A DNA stretch of 63,807 nucleotides, counting the filler, from Parasitella parasitica NRRL 2501 (taxonomy: Eukaryota; Fungi; Mucoromycota), in the NCBI GenBank assembly GCA_025201805.1. It is 7 parts of 7 records of this genome, joined end to end, with 100 filler letters (N's around TTAATTAATTAA, not from the genome) between each part and the next. Parts side by side here need not be neighbours in the genome. Positions count along the whole stretch, not along the records: positions 38,937 to 54,929 come from MU619278.1; positions 55,030 to 58,006 come from MU619511.1; 5 more parts are not named here. One strand, written 5' to 3'. Positions 42,384 to 56,594 of the stretch are shown in pieces; positions within the stretch are counted from its first letter, which is position 1, and each line of letters opens with the position of its first letter. Below the pieces are notes generated by a model. That model saw only the letters and a program-made list of their open reading frames with translations, made no database searches and was not told the origin of the DNA. The position numbers and the translations under genes were made by a program.

Positions 42384-43872
42384 TTAGTAACCGTGCTTAT
42401 GACTCTTGGACGATTTTGCTGATTTGGTTTCTCTGCATGGAGCTCCACGATATTCGGTTACCTTGACGTTTAAATCTCCATGGTGAAAAGACTCAAAGCA
42501 TATGTCACAAAAGTAGCACGGCGAGAATCCGCTCACAATATCTTCGTGTGTGATTTTGGTAGCTGGGTATACCGAGCACATGGAGCATTTGAACCGATCA
42601 TAACGCAGATTCCTTGTCGTGCGAGGAAACTGGCTCTTTGATCCATACTCGCTACTTGAAATTAAACGTATATCGTCGATGAGCATCATGTGTTCACAGC
42701 TATCCTGGTGCACAAAGGCGAATGGTTTGTGCAGCTCGAGTGTAACATCTTGTATAATCGCTCTCTCCATGCTCTCTGTTTGGTATTTGTGCACGAGACG
42801 ATTCACTTGCTTTTTCGCCAGCCAAGAATCAATCCATGTGTCGTAGTAATCAACGGGTATGTCGTCCTTGCATCGAGTATCAATATAGAAGACATGATTC
42901 ATGTATATGACGGATGGTGATAACTTTGTCTTTGTTGTATTTACAATCTTTTCGTTGGGATCTTGGTTTTTGTGATTTCTATTTAACGTAAAGTCTGATT
43001 GGCAGTAAATGGCATCTCGCAAACTGGATAGCGTCTGTGAGCCTAACATCTCTACCTCCTGAAACTTGGCATGTGGGTTCTTTGGGTTGAAAATGGTGAT
43101 TGTGATCAAAGTATCGTCTACGGTGCTTTTGTGCTTGCTTGGAGTGTCATTATACTAGAATGAAAGTGGCGTAAGTATGCAATTTTGAACCATTTTGTGG
43201 CATATTTACATCTTCTTTGACATAAATAAATGCGTTAATGTCGGCTTGTCTTGGTAAAAGAGTGCACAAGTTATTTGATTGCACTGTTTTTAATGGGCTT
43301 TGGCGGATCAGCTTTGAAGTCTCATCGAGTATTCTGTTCAATTCATCTTTTGCATGGACGTTCTCCAATACATCCATGTTTATGTTGATGGGTTCAGGAA
43401 ATGACAGTGCAGGCGTTTGCGGCTGCGATGATGTTGAAGTTGCCTCGTTATTTTCCTCCTGAGCAATGTATTTTCGCAATTTTGGTGCTAAAGGATTGAT
43501 GTATTCCTGATCGTGGTTAAGGCTTTTTTCCACATTATCGTACATGGTGGCTACTTCTTGTTCAACCACTCGTGCGCTAGTTACATCCTTTGCTTGAGGC
43601 TTTCTAAAAGTTATGATATCTGAGGGATCTCGAACACGAGAAGGCCTTACCCCTCTTGTGTTCATAAGGGAATAAGATTCCTCAGAGATACGAGCCAGGA
43701 GATCTGGATCTTGAAAGATTTCTGAAAGAGTGTTTGTATTGTATTTTGACTCGAGTTCTAAATGCTCGTATTTTCGCTTCTTTGCATCAATGTTTTTATC
43801 TTTTTCAATTGATGCTTGAGCATCAAATAGAGCTTTGAATTCAGTCCTTAGTGATTTAGGGTTTACTTTCAT
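42384..43872 (-). CDS. SNAPC3: snRNA-activating protein complex subunit 3 (SNAP50)
   Basis: 'LGSQTLSSLRDAIYC', 'FVHQDSCEHMMLIDDIRL', 'KCSMCSVYPA..SPCYFCDICFESFH' (zf-SNAP50_C pattern). Confidence 0.9.
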
Positions 43873-43967
43873 GATGTCTACTCAAGAAAAAGGAAAGAAA
43901 TACAAGAGAATGGCTTTGATGTGACGTTTTACAAGCAGAGTGAGTGAAACGAGAGCCACACCCTGAC

Positions 43968-44516
43968 CTATGGTGAGATACGGCCAAATATATTTTCACC
44001 GGCATAGCTACAGAAGATCAATCAGACAAAAGATATTCATAAATACGATATATGTGGTTTACTTCATGTGGAAAAACTCGTCTTTATCCTTGAAATTTGC
44101 ATAGTTGCAAATTAACCTATCATAATACACACCGCTGTAAATCAATTTATCTTTGCATGAAAGATACAAACCTGCCACTGTTGGTAAACTGCCGTTGATA
44201 ATGATATAGATTACCTTTTTTTCTGATAATCTGATTTTCTTTTGAATGGCATAGATGAACTGTCCAAGGCAGAGATCAGATGGAATCAAGTATGTCTGCT
44301 TTGCAATGTTTGGGATGCTGTTTCCTTGGACCTTATCGCAAATGATTGGAATCCGATCAGGATACTTCATCAAGGCTCATTTAGATTCTTTTAAGCAAAT
44401 GTTCTATACATAGAATTTCTTTTAAAATATTGAGCTTTTGTGTCTATAAAGATAGGTATGAATATACGAAATGAGTATCTTGCTTTGAATGACAAAGGGT
44501 TGGTTGATTTCTCCAT
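43968..44516 (-). pseudogene. ATG8/GABARAP-like paralog, probably pseudogenised
   Basis: 'KYPDRIPIICDK..YLIPSDLCLGQFIYAIQKKIRL' and last exon 'YAGENIFGRISP*'. A TGA sits just before ALMKYPD, and the exon1-exon2 join runs into TAA. Confidence 0.7.
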
Positions 44517-45415
44517 GGTTTTGTTTTGTAAATAATAGAAACAAGAAATCAATCATATAGCAAACAAATAGAGTATAACACTTTTTGAAATCTATTTGCT
44601 CTCTCTCCTTTTAGCCACGATTATATATGTATGCAGTCAGAGGTGATACTTTCAACTATAGTTCCCTATATTCATGCTTTTTCAAGCTCATCTGACAGAC
44701 AATCTTTTTAATCTTCATTTACAGGATTAAAAAAAAAAGTCCTCTTATCACTAATCAAGCAATGCTGATTTCAATAACTCTATCTGTATAATGAAGCTTT
44801 TCTCTTGGCATGAGATCGCAATAAAAGTCTTACAATTTAGGGATCTTGTCAAACCAGCGCTCTTTCCTTACAGTCGATGAAATTAGGTTGGGTCAATGAA
44901 AAAAAGTTTTGCTCATTTCAAGGACACAAATGCATAGATACGCCTTCAATTCTTAAAAAAGACAATTAAGAGACTCATTGACATACCTACAATTGTCTAA
45001 TGCTACATGCTCGTTTCGATCCGCTTTCATCGTCAAATGATAAAGACCTTGTTGGCCTAAGTGAGAGTTATATACAAATGAAGTTTGAGCCTCGCTCTTG
45101 TCTCAATTCAATTTCTCGAGCTCCTTTGTTTGGTTTCCATTTTCGCTTCTTTCATAAAGGCAAGTTTAGTATGAAGATAGGTTTTTGATCTGTCCAGAAA
45201 AGACTCATTTTTGAGCACAGTCTTGTATATAATCAATCTTTACTTAGACAGCGATAATAGCCATGTACGATATCATTGCATAATATTATTGTGATGGCAA
45301 ATATTCATGTATATTTGAGAACTAGCAATAGTCCCTATATGTACAAAATAACAAAGGCACGACATTTAACCAAATACAGCATTATAACTGTTTATCTCTT
45401 GACATATTCTATTGT

Positions 45416-47805
45416 TTAAGCCTTGACTTTCTTGTCCTGTTCTACAGTATTCACAGTGATTTCAAGCAATTTGTTTAATCTCGTAATCATGGATCTTGGG
45501 TCGTCCAATACACCCGCAGCACATAATGCATTGTCGTAAACCTGCTCTGTCACTAATTTGGCCAGACCAGGGTTTTGATTACGGATATTAAACAATCCTT
45601 TCATGACAGGATGGTCAGGGTTGATTTCTAGAACTGTAGGTGTTGATGGACTTTCTTCCATACGAGCAGATCCTTGCATCATTTGCATCATTTTCCTCAT
45701 AGCAGGACTTTCATGCTCAAGCACTAGAAAGACAATCAGCATCTAATTTAGTCATTTAAACGAACGGGCACTCACCTATTGCAGGGAAACTTGCCAGCCG
45801 ACGTGATACATCTACGCCTTTAACGACCTCATCACCCAATGTAGTTTCAATCCATTTAGCAAGGTCCTTGGCATCATCATCTGTCAAGGCCCCGCCTTGG
45901 GAATCATCGCGGGCTTGTTGTAAGAGGGGATCAGAAGCAGCTTCAGGTGAATCAGCAGAAATGAGATCGTAGCCCTGAAACTCCTTCAGATGATTAACAA
46001 CAAACTCGTCTACAGTTTCATACAGATACAACAATTCAACGCCATTCTTTTTAAACATTTCCGTGTAAGGACTTTCCTCGGCATATTTACGCTTGGGAGT
46101 CAAGAGATAGTAGATGCGCTTCTGTCCATCCTTGCTGCGATTGGCATAATCCTCAAGACTGATCATACTGCCGTTTGTAGATTTAGAACTCTCGAATCTC
46201 AAAAGCTTGGCAATCTCACGCTTGTGCATAGCATCAGTACAAGCACCTTCCTTTATGAATTGCCCGTAGTCCAAAAAGAATTCAGCGTACTTCTTAGGGT
46301 CTTTCTTGGCCTCGGTATCAAGCCATTTCAAAACCTTGGAGGTCATGACCATGCGAAGACGAGATAATATGTTGTCTTGCAGTAATTCACGAGATACATT
46401 CAATGGGATATCTTCAGAATCAACAACACCCTTGATAAAACGCAAATAGTGGGGCAAAATGCCAGCAGATTCAGGCTGGATCAAAACCTTTCTGCTGTAA
46501 AGAGAGACACCTGGTTTAGTCTGCTCGCCTAACAACTCCATGTGCTTTTCAGGGATATATAATACTGAAGAAATAGAAAGAGGTGAATCCGTCTTGAAAT
46601 GCAAAGTGTACTGAGGGTCATCCCAAGCATTTGCGATGAAACGATAAAATTGCTGGTGCTGTTCTGGGGTGACGCTGTTGCGGTCCTTTGTCCATAAAGC
46701 TTCAACTGTATTGACTACTTTTCCGTTCAAGTATATGGGAAACCCAACAAAGTTAGAGTACTTTTTGATGATGGAGTCGATCTCGAGCTCTGAAGAGTAT
46801 GATTTGGAGTCCTCACGCAGCTCAATCACAATCTTGGTACCTACAGCTACATTGTCAGCTTCGGCGACAGAGTAAGATCCCTGGCCATCAGTGGTCCAAC
46901 AGTAGCCCTTTGATCCAGGGAATGCAGATTTGGTGTATACCCTGATTCTGTTTCCTACCATAAACTAAGGTGCGCACATATCATTCAGTTGTTTATAAGT
47001 GCACTAATACACTCAACACTTACTGTAGAGTAAAAACCAACACCAAATTGACCGATGATGTTCTCTTTGGTTCCACTCGATCCATCCTTTTCCATCTTTT
47101 CCAGAAACTTCTTGGAACCTGAACTAGCGATAGTACCAAGATTTGCATTCAATTCCTCCAACGTCATGCCAATACCGAAATCTTGGATGATAAACTGGTT
47201 TTTCTCTCTGTCCAACTCGATGCAAATCTCGAGGGGCTTCCCACTATCGACATCAGATTCCACTGTTTGTGTCTGACGAAGTTTTTCAAGCGCATCAGCA
47301 GCATTAGAAATGAGCTCACTTGTTGAAAAAAAAAAAAAAAAGTGTCAAAGGGATACTTGCGCATCAATACAGATATTTAGCTTACCGAACAAATATCTCC
47401 TTCTCAGAATAGAGTGAGTTAGCGACAATGTCCAAAAGTCGTTTGGTTTCCGTCTTGAACTCATGAACTTGTTCTTTTCCAGTAACAACTTCGTCGTTGG
47501 CAGTGGTGTGCTGTTTAGCAATGTATTAGTTTTATGACTCAATGCAATTGTTTGACCTACCTCTCCAACATCTGTGGTATATGCTCTTGTCCACAGGTAA
47601 TTTCCAGCTGTGTATGCAGTGCCGGCAGCAGCAGTACGAGTAATCGTAGGCGAAGACTGGATGACATGTGAGGTTAAATCAAAGGTTTTATCATCAGATA
47701 GAAAAGAAAGATCTTTACCAAAAGGGCCCTCAATTGGTGTGTGGTTGATTTACGGGAAGCAGCCTTGATCAAAAGCACAGTTGAACAAATCAGAGGTTTA
47801 AACAT
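45416..47805 (-). CDS. TRAP1: Mitochondrial Hsp90 (TRAP1/HtpG-like)
   Basis: Presequence-like N-terminus, '[12 protein letters not shown]', '[18 protein letters not shown]', '[11 protein letters not shown]', '[18 protein letters not shown]', 'LEINPDHP'. No MEEVD or HDEL tail. Confidence 0.92.
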
Positions 47806-47983
47806 GGTTTGAATGAGGCAGAAACAATAAAAAAAAACAGTCGAAATGATCTTTTTGGTTGCTAGGGGATAGCCATGACAATATTAAAACTCCAAAGACA
47901 AATGAAGCCTTCTTTTCCTAGCCGGGGGGGTTAAGCTTCATTTTTCTCTTTCTCTTGCTTTATACACTAGATTTAACAACGAA

Positions 47984-48253
47984 ATGGCTGCAAACAACTC
48001 TGCTGGAAAGATTGTCAAACATTTGATTGCAAAGAACGGACCCATGACAACACAAAAATTATTTGAATTTGTGCCAACATACTCTCAACAGTTTGTGTCA
48101 AAAACACATTTGAAGCAAAAGGTTTTGAAATCACTTGAGGGTGAGGGCATCCTCCATAAACAAGTTTACCGTGAAACTCCAACAAGCAAACCCTACTGGA
48201 AATGGCAATTTAAAGACGCAGAAGATGTAGGAAAATACAAAAAGGAATTGTAA
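47984..48253 (+). CDS. Small basic hypothetical protein (winged-helix-like pattern)
   Basis: Clean 89-aa ORF, divergent from TRAP1: 'GPMTTQKLFE..SKTHLKQKVLKSLEGEG..WKW'. Confidence 0.7.
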   Translation: MAANNSAGKIVKHLIAKNGPMTTQKLFEFVPTYSQQFVSKTHLKQKVLKSLEGEGILHKQVYRETPTSKPYWKWQFKDAEDVGKYKKEL

Positions 48254-48321
48254 ATAACCTTTATACAAATGTACACACAATAAAGAAGAGAAAAAAAACA
48301 GTGACCAGGGGGGGGGGGGGT

Positions 48322-50141
48322 TTAGACAAGTTGAATATTGCAGCTTAAACCATAATGATCTGTCAAAAGATGATTTTAGTTTTGTGGATTAGGGGCCACG
48401 CAAAGTCTAGAATTTATACCTGAAATTTGAGTGAAATTTGTATCTTGCTTCTCCTCTTGAGTCATTCGATCGTTCTCCTTGACCCAGAACTTTTCAACTC
48501 GAGGTGATTCCAACTGAATAATGCGAGAGTTGCGATCAGACCAAAAGATACGATCGATACTTTGAACTGTCATTAGTTGATCCCAATTTGTCAAAACAGT
48601 CTCTGCTGGAATCAATTGACCATCATCATCTGTCATGTAATCGCCAAATGTAACAACATGATATCCATACTTGGCATACACGACATCCTTCAAATCTTCT
48701 AGTTTCCAGGGATGATCGAACCAGCGCTCATCTGAACCAGGGCGTTTGATGACACCTGTACCACGAATTACATCAACCATCTTTACATACTCGGGTGAGC
48801 TTTCCTTGGAGGGGCTTGTGATAGGCGTGTCGGTAGGATGGACAGCAGCATCCACATTCAGGTCACCGACAATCATAATAGGCTCGCCGTCATCTTTGCT
48901 GGTTTCATAAACAAAGTTATGCAGGAGCGAGAACTGAGACAAGCGGGTGGCAGTGTCATCTTCGTTGATAACGTTGTTTAAATCATAGGATGCTTGAGTG
49001 TGTGTTGTGTACAGGTGCATTTTACGAGTAGAGTTCAGTTCGATGAGGGCATGAAGAGCGCCCTTGATGGACAGCCTAACAACAACATTAAAACAACTTT
49101 CATTTGACGACGAGATTAAGCATCATACCAATCACTATGCTGACCTCTTGGATACTCGATAATGTTTGATTTTCGGATAGGGAACCTAGAAATCATTAGG
49201 AGTCCGCCATCCACACCAATGTTCCATGGGTATTTGCGAGGCGATTCGATGTGATAATTGTAGCCCATCAGTCTTGCAGTAGTAATCAGTCTATCTTTTC
49301 TTCTGGAAGCAAAAGCAAACGACTCCTGAAAGGTAATTACATCATATTCTGGCAAAATGTACTTTTCAATGTAGGCGAGTCTATCGTCCTTGTAATCTGA
49401 CCAGTTGTTCTTGATTAGAGGAGGACGCATAAAGATGTTGAGGGTCAAGAAACGGGCAGTCGTGTTTGTTGTCTTGTCTGGAAACACAGGGTCTGGGTAG
49501 TTTGTGGGCTGGAAATAGACTGAGCAGAATAGCAAGAAGCTGAACAGCGTCAGGGAAAAGACGGACGCCAAAATGAGCACAAGTCTATGCCGAGCTAAAA
49601 ATGAAGGAAGAACAAAACGAGGACAATCGGGTAAACGATCTGTAATTGCAAAATAACACGACCAACAGGAGACTGAATTCGCTGATGATATACTACTCGT
49701 ACTAGAATCGGTTCTCCTGTGTCTTCTTAAACTAAAAATTGACCTACCACTACTGCCTTCGCTGTTGTTGTGGATTGTCGGTAAATAAATGGCCTGGTGT
49801 GTATTCCATCTAGGAATTTTGCGTAACCAGTTAAATGCTCTTCCAAATACTGTCTTTGCAGGCGGATACAGTTCGTAAGGAGGTGGATTAGACGACGTGC
49901 TCACTACGCTGGCTTCGTAAGAATTTTGTGAGTGCAGTCTTGCTCTGCGGGGTTCGTCAGGAAGGTCGTCCTCTTCTCCTTCGGACTGTACAGGTCTTTC
50001 TTCTTGCTCTTGCTCTTGCTCTTCCGTATCATGATAAGGTTCATTTGGCATAGGTATGTCTATATCTTCGTCTTGGCTATCACTGGGCAATAGCGTTCTG
50101 CTGTCAGTATTGACAGTATGTGCTGCTGGGACAGTGTTCAT
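48322..50141 (-). CDS. Endonuclease/exonuclease/phosphatase-family enzyme (neutral sphingomyelinase-like), single TM
   Basis: 'RFLTLNIFMRP', 'YDVITFQESF', 'DGGLLMISRFPI', 'HLYTTHTQASY', 'VGDLN', 'SIDRIF', 'ISDHYG'. Confidence 0.9.
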
Positions 50142-51026
50142 AATTAGTATAATTTTGTAAAAGAGAAAAAGAAGAACGAAGAAAAGGGCCCTCTTCAGCC
50201 AAGGCAATGACACAATCTCAAGCCCATTGGATTAAAACGCCGGGTCCAAGATGTCACTCAAAGAAACGAAAAACATTCCAAATATGAATCAGTGTGATGC
50301 GCATCCTTCAATCTAACTGGATGTCACCAAAGTTGCAAGTAGAGTGTTAATGCTAGATGCAATACCTCAGCATAGCAACACATGAGTAAATCAGCATCTT
50401 GTGGAGGGTTTGTATATTGAACATGCAGCAGTCAAATATATTCCGATTTCACAGAGCAATTGACATTCTCTTCTACCTGTAACATTCTATATTCTAACAA
50501 TATAGCAAACATTAAAGTCAATGCATTCTACAAACACGAACAATAGCTGCTAATGTGTTACTTGAACAAAGCGGGAATTCTACATCTCACTCTGGCAGGA
50601 TGCTTGATTGCGGAACTGCTACTCACTGATTTCCCGCTTTGGTATCATGTATGTGACCTGGAGCTGAATCATCAAGAGACATTTGGCCCTACAGTCTGCT
50701 GCGACAAATACACCGAAAAAGGCTTGATACACGCACATAATTTGGACATGCGATACGCAGCACAACAATGAAATGGTATCAAGTCAGGCAAAAGCTATAA
50801 AAAAAATTTATTCACCACAAACGTATTCCTTTTATTTTTAGAATGATAAACAGTAGGTATACTTGACGTTGGAGCCTCCAAACCTCTCAGCCCGTTCAAT
50901 GTAAACAAAATTTGCTTGATTCTATATAAATACTACATGTTTCCCTCTTCTCTTCCTTTCTCCCCTGCTCTCGTTATCGCTTTTTCTTCTTTTTTTTTCG
51001 GCCTCTGCCTTTGGCTTTTCTTCTTA

Positions 51027-52274
51027 TGGCTTGTTTTATACTTAAAGACAACATATCATATTTAGCAGAAAATTGTGTTAGATCATTCACTACTCCGGCG
51101 TTTATTCCAGCCATTGTATTCAGGTACAAAAAAGGAGTAATATTGACAACATCCTCACAATCGCTTATACGAATACTTGTATACATCTATATAGTACTAT
51201 CTCCGGTTTTTTAGCTGTGGCATATTACGAAAAATTCGTTAGAAAAGACTATTTTCTACCCTATCTCTATTTTGGGAACACTGCATGTAATGTTATATTA
51301 AGACGAATGTGTATAAAAGTGTAGAACTAACCTTTTAAATAGTGCTTTATGCTACGGCTCATATATTCCTCATCATATTTGTAGTCGAAGATAATATTAT
51401 TAACGATTTGTTGGAGGAAGATGTCGATGATGTTGATCTGACGCACGAAGCTGCATTATACGCTTCTCTGATTATTGCATCCTTTGGCTCATTTTTTATC
51501 AATCTGGGCGTTTTTCGATTACTCGAGATTTGGGTTCGTCGAGGACAACATAAAAACACACACCTAGCTTCTCACTACCTCACTGTGATCACTATTATTC
51601 TCGCTGCAGTTCCTGTTATATTTTCTATCGCTGGTGATGTCGTTCTGATAAATGAGTCATCCAAAGAACATGAAATGGCTCAGCACGTCAAAGTGGCATT
51701 GATATTGAAATTGATGGGTGCTATCTGCAACATCGTTCTAGTTTTACTGTATATAATGCTGTGTGTTTGTTACGCTTGGTCTGCGTACATATCCAACGCA
51801 TGTGAAAAAGCCATTGGAAAAAGAATGTCTGAGTCAACTCTCGTATCGTCAAAGCCTACTGTGGAAGATCAAACGTTTAAACGTGTTGTCGCTTTGCTGC
51901 TGGTTCTTGGAATGCTGGTACTGTTGCGGTTTGTGTATGATTTCTATATTGTGGTTGCCATCATCAATAGGGGTCCTATTTGGGACGTATACACTTACTT
52001 AGTTCTGGTTGTGGCTGATGGTATTATTTTGTTATCAATGGCTTATTCTTCCAGCTTAACACTTGTTAGTGAGCCAGTAGTGGTAATAGCAAATAGCATT
52101 AAATCATTTTGTGTACTCAATGTTGATCATATATATAAATAGTTTGCAAAGATGCGACAAAGGTCGTTTAGGAATTATTACTATTCAAAGAGCCAAGTAG
52201 CAGATGAATCAACTTCAACGTTAAGGCAACAAGAACGACAAGAAGCGATTCCCCTTTTCTCGGCCTCCAAGTGA
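51027..52274 (+). CDS. Multi-pass membrane protein, hypothetical
   Basis: About 6-7 hydrophobic helices across the exons; main exon ~51343-52067. Ends approximate. Confidence 0.65.
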
Positions 52275-53619
52275 CATATAGAGGAAGATTACTCCATCAG
52301 ATAAGAAGGAGTGCACACTATTTAGCTTTACGCAGCACATTGTATTCTAGGTCTCTCTATCATATCAAGCAGATTGTGTAAATTATATATTTACGTCTCT
52401 GATAATAAATACACTATTTTTATGATAAATACCGTTGAAAATGAAATGCCAAGTAGCATATTGGAGCAAAAGCTGTAAAATTAACGCCAATGAATGTGAC
52501 ATCTAGTAGATTAAAAGATTGTTTATGAGAAAACATGTTCAGCTATTCATACTTTTGGTAGAGTCGTTAAGTAGTATATTTATGCAGACGTAGCAAGTTG
52601 GCGACAGCTTTATGATAGAGATTAACGATGGTTTATAAAGGGTTATTTTACAACATAACAGTTCACAATATATTATTTACTTTTTGGGCGCTATACATAT
52701 CGGCATAATATCCAATTGTTAATGCAAATACAACATAGAGCAAAAACGCTGCTGGGCTCATAAGGTATAGATCATGACTACGTGAAATCAACGTTAAATT
52801 CTGAGAGATTTTTGCATGCATGTACATTGGCTTTAACATGTTGCTATTGCTATAAAATCAAGAAGAGAAGTGATACTGCAATAGTAAGTAAATTAATTGT
52901 AACTGGTACTCAAAGCAATTGTAACATATACTAAAATACTTTCACGACTACCGCAACAAATGAAACCAGTGGCTCCGCATTTTGTGCTTTCACAAGCAAT
53001 GCAAAGATAGCAGCGTAATACTTACACTACGATAGAACTATAATAATGCACTAACAGAATATGTTGTGTGCACTTGTATAACATAATATGGGGTAATAAA
53101 ATAGGAAATCATCATTCAAGATTTTCCTATCAAAAGGGGGAAAAGGATCTTTCAACCTAATCATCATTAGAAGACTCGTTTTACGTGATCTTATCAGTCC
53201 TTTCAACATATCTATTTGGAAAAATAACGATTCCTTGAACAATTTTATTTTATTTCAAATTCTTAATATAAAGATGCTTAGTACTGCATACCATTCTCCA
53301 ACAGATTAGCAGGACAAAAATTTATTGATTCCAAAACGGTAAAATCATAGATTGTTACATGATTTTTGATATACGCATTGCCAGTGAAAATAAAGTCATG
53401 CTCAGATGATAGCAATGATGATGCCTGCTTTAAAAATGACGCTTGAAATAGGCTTTATTTCGCTCTTTACCGTAGTGTAATGATTCAAAGATCATTGGAT
53501 AACTGGCATACAAAAGTCAATTCTTTAGAATCGTCCTAGCACATACAAATACTTCTGTTGTACATTAAATATCGTGGTTACCACTTCTTCAACTCAGTTG
53601 TCGTAGCAACTATTTCTGA

Positions 53620-54929
53620 TCGGATCTAAGGTTAAATGTCATCAATTATTCTATTTAGTAAATAGAAGTAATCAATAGAATGTCTTATATAGGAAACCGT
53701 CTATGGGTCCTACTTATTCTAAATTGCGAAGCACAACTTATCGAAGAATTATTCACATTCATAATATTAGCTGATTAAATCTTGTGATGTGTCAATTTCT
53801 CAACTGGAAGTCAAACTCCAGTAAAATTAAGTAAACTCGATATTGAAAACAATCCAGGAACATATCCCAATAGGTCATGTTTTCTATTATAAGTCAACAT
53901 GACATGTTCATGGATAATAGATATAACCTTTCGTTAATTCTTAAATCACACCATGTTTTACGCTTACACCGTATCCCCCATTAATCCTCTTAGATTCACT
54001 AGTATAAAGATCATCATATTTTCCATGTAATAAACGAAATCTTTATATGATTAATTCACAACAATTTCACTTAACTAATTTCTCAATCTAATAAATCATT
54101 TAGAAATACGTCTTGCTCTGACTATTAAAATTAAATTGTTGTGCCAGAACGGCATGAAATTAAGCAATTATTAGATTGGTAATTCTTTGTATACAATGAC
54201 AAGGAATAAGCTATTAATGTACAATAGAACATGTAATAAACTTGGCATTACATACCAAGTTCAATGTTTAATCATGATGACAAATAGTGTTACAATAGAT
54301 ATAATCTAGTATAAAAAGATGATATTTTCTTATCAATAAAAGTCATTAGTTTTTGTGCCTTCTTTTATTTTTATAAAGTTATACATTTTTTGAGCAGATC
54401 ATATTTATATATCCTCTGCGCATAACATAAATGTCAAACATAATCTGATTGTATTTTCTGGATTGACTCCAAGTTAATTACAAGTTATATTTAACATCTA
54501 CATCTTGTTCTTTTTTGTTATATCAATAACATGACAAGGTCTCACATGAGGATCTCAGATCAGTCCCAGGATCTTACAGTAAATCATGGGTAGTCATGAT
54601 TTACATTATGCAGTTAGACAGTAATGTAAAATACATTCACTATCATGATCTGCATTCCACTTCTAGATTCATCCAGTTACCTTAAATTGATATAGACTAC
54701 ACATGCGCATAGATAATAAGATGTGCAATACAGATATATACTATTTAAGATATAAGCTAGGATGGCACTATTAGGATGGATGACGCTATAGGCTGATACT
54801 TATATCTCGACACGAGCCTTAGACATTTACTAGATTTAGTATATGCTACGAGCTTATGCTATATAAGATCTATGCTTCAGATGCGTATTCCCAGTTTCTA
54901 GATACGCACTACAAGACATATACTTATAT
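53620..54929. repeat. Nested TE/LTR fragments
   Basis: Segments match 3370-3640 (rc), 57400-57560 (rc) and 35750-36055. An LTR-like start TGTTATATCAATAACATG at ~54515 resembles 35474. Confidence 0.7.
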
Positions 54930-56594
54930 NNNNNNNNNNNNNNNNNNNNNNNNNNNNNNNNNNNNNNNNNNNNTTAATTAATTAANNNNNNNNNNNNNNN
55001 NNNNNNNNNNNNNNNNNNNNNNNNNNNNNTTACTCTCAAAAGGCTTGAAAAAATGTGCTCATGAAGCGAAAATGTGCCCGCACACTCAAAAAAATGTGCT
55101 CAAAAAAGTAAAATTTGCGTATACAAATGTAGCTTTAGCTTTTGTTTTTTTCTCAATTTTTATAGTATGGACCAGAGTAATTTATTATTACTTTGATTTC
55201 ATATTGTCACATAACAATATTGTCTTGATTATGTAGCCTTTGGTTCACACAGGCAATGATGGAAAACAGTGCAAGGTTAGCTATTACCCGATTTGAAATT
55301 GAAGCAGCCGCTGAGGTATTTGCTATATACTAGAAAAGTGCATGAGTATAATAAATTTTGTTGACGACAATAACAAATAACCACCTACATTAATTGTGAA
55401 AAGAGATGCTACACTAGATCATATATAATACTCGAAAAAAGAAGCAAGGAGTCAGCATCTTGAAAAAAAGTAGCAAGGTTTAGCTTCATAACTTCTAGAA
55501 TCCAGGGCAAAAATGAGCAACAAACCTCTCATATTATCGTATACATGTTCAGATACTGGGCACAAAATTATACCTGTAGCATGCCTAAATAATAGAAGAA
55601 ATCTAATTTTAGTGTATATTAATAAAACAAAAGAAGCAAGCCAAAAAGTACTCAAAACTACCTTGACATTGACACCCAAACGACGTATAATGCAAAAACA
55701 ATTTTCATACATAGCATCATCTTTAGCTATTGCCTATATTCAGCAGTAAAAGTAGTCAGTCATTTTTTAGTTGCTACAAACAATTTAATGCACATAGCAA
55801 TACCATGCTCTCATATGAAAGATTAAACTGAGTAGAGCTTCTATATATTATTGACAAAAGGATTAATAGTTTGTTAGAATAAACTCGAATACATACTGTA
55901 CACCATGATAATAGCAATACATAAAATATGTAGCGTATCATTTCTTCTTACCAAGCTAAACTGAAAGCTTTTCCTTTATAATGAAAAAGAAGTTACAATT
56001 TCTTGAGTGATGAAACTACAGATACGTGAAGATGTTATTACTCTGTATAATGTACTTATATTTGGCACAAATGTGCTAACGTTGTATGTTTTTTAAGTTA
56101 AAATACCAGCTCATAAAGTTGTAAAAAGATAGATAAAACAAAAGAAAAAGGCCAAGGAAAGCTAACAAAGAAGCTAAAATATGCATTCGGTCATCACAAT
56201 ATGCAATGTTTTGGGCTAAGCATGCAGAAAGAAGCCAATGGAAAAACACCGCTACAAGAGGTCATCTCAAAATTTGAAAGCAAACATGTACAAACAAAAT
56301 ATATACTTTATTCAAGTATATTGCTACTGGTGCTAGCATTTACCACCAGCGTCTTCTTCAACATTTTGAACAACACTTTGGTTAGAAATAGGTATTTCTT
56401 CGTCACTTTTTGCTTTCAGATGAACATTTGTATGATNNNNNNNNNNGTTTTATTTGAATAATTTCTCATTCTGATAAATCAGTATTCTTTGAATAAGCCT
56501 GGAACCTTGCAAGAGGTCCAATTACAATTTTTAGCTTATTCCTTATTTGTAAAAGAATTACCAACAATTAATATCATGATCCGTGCATTATGAC

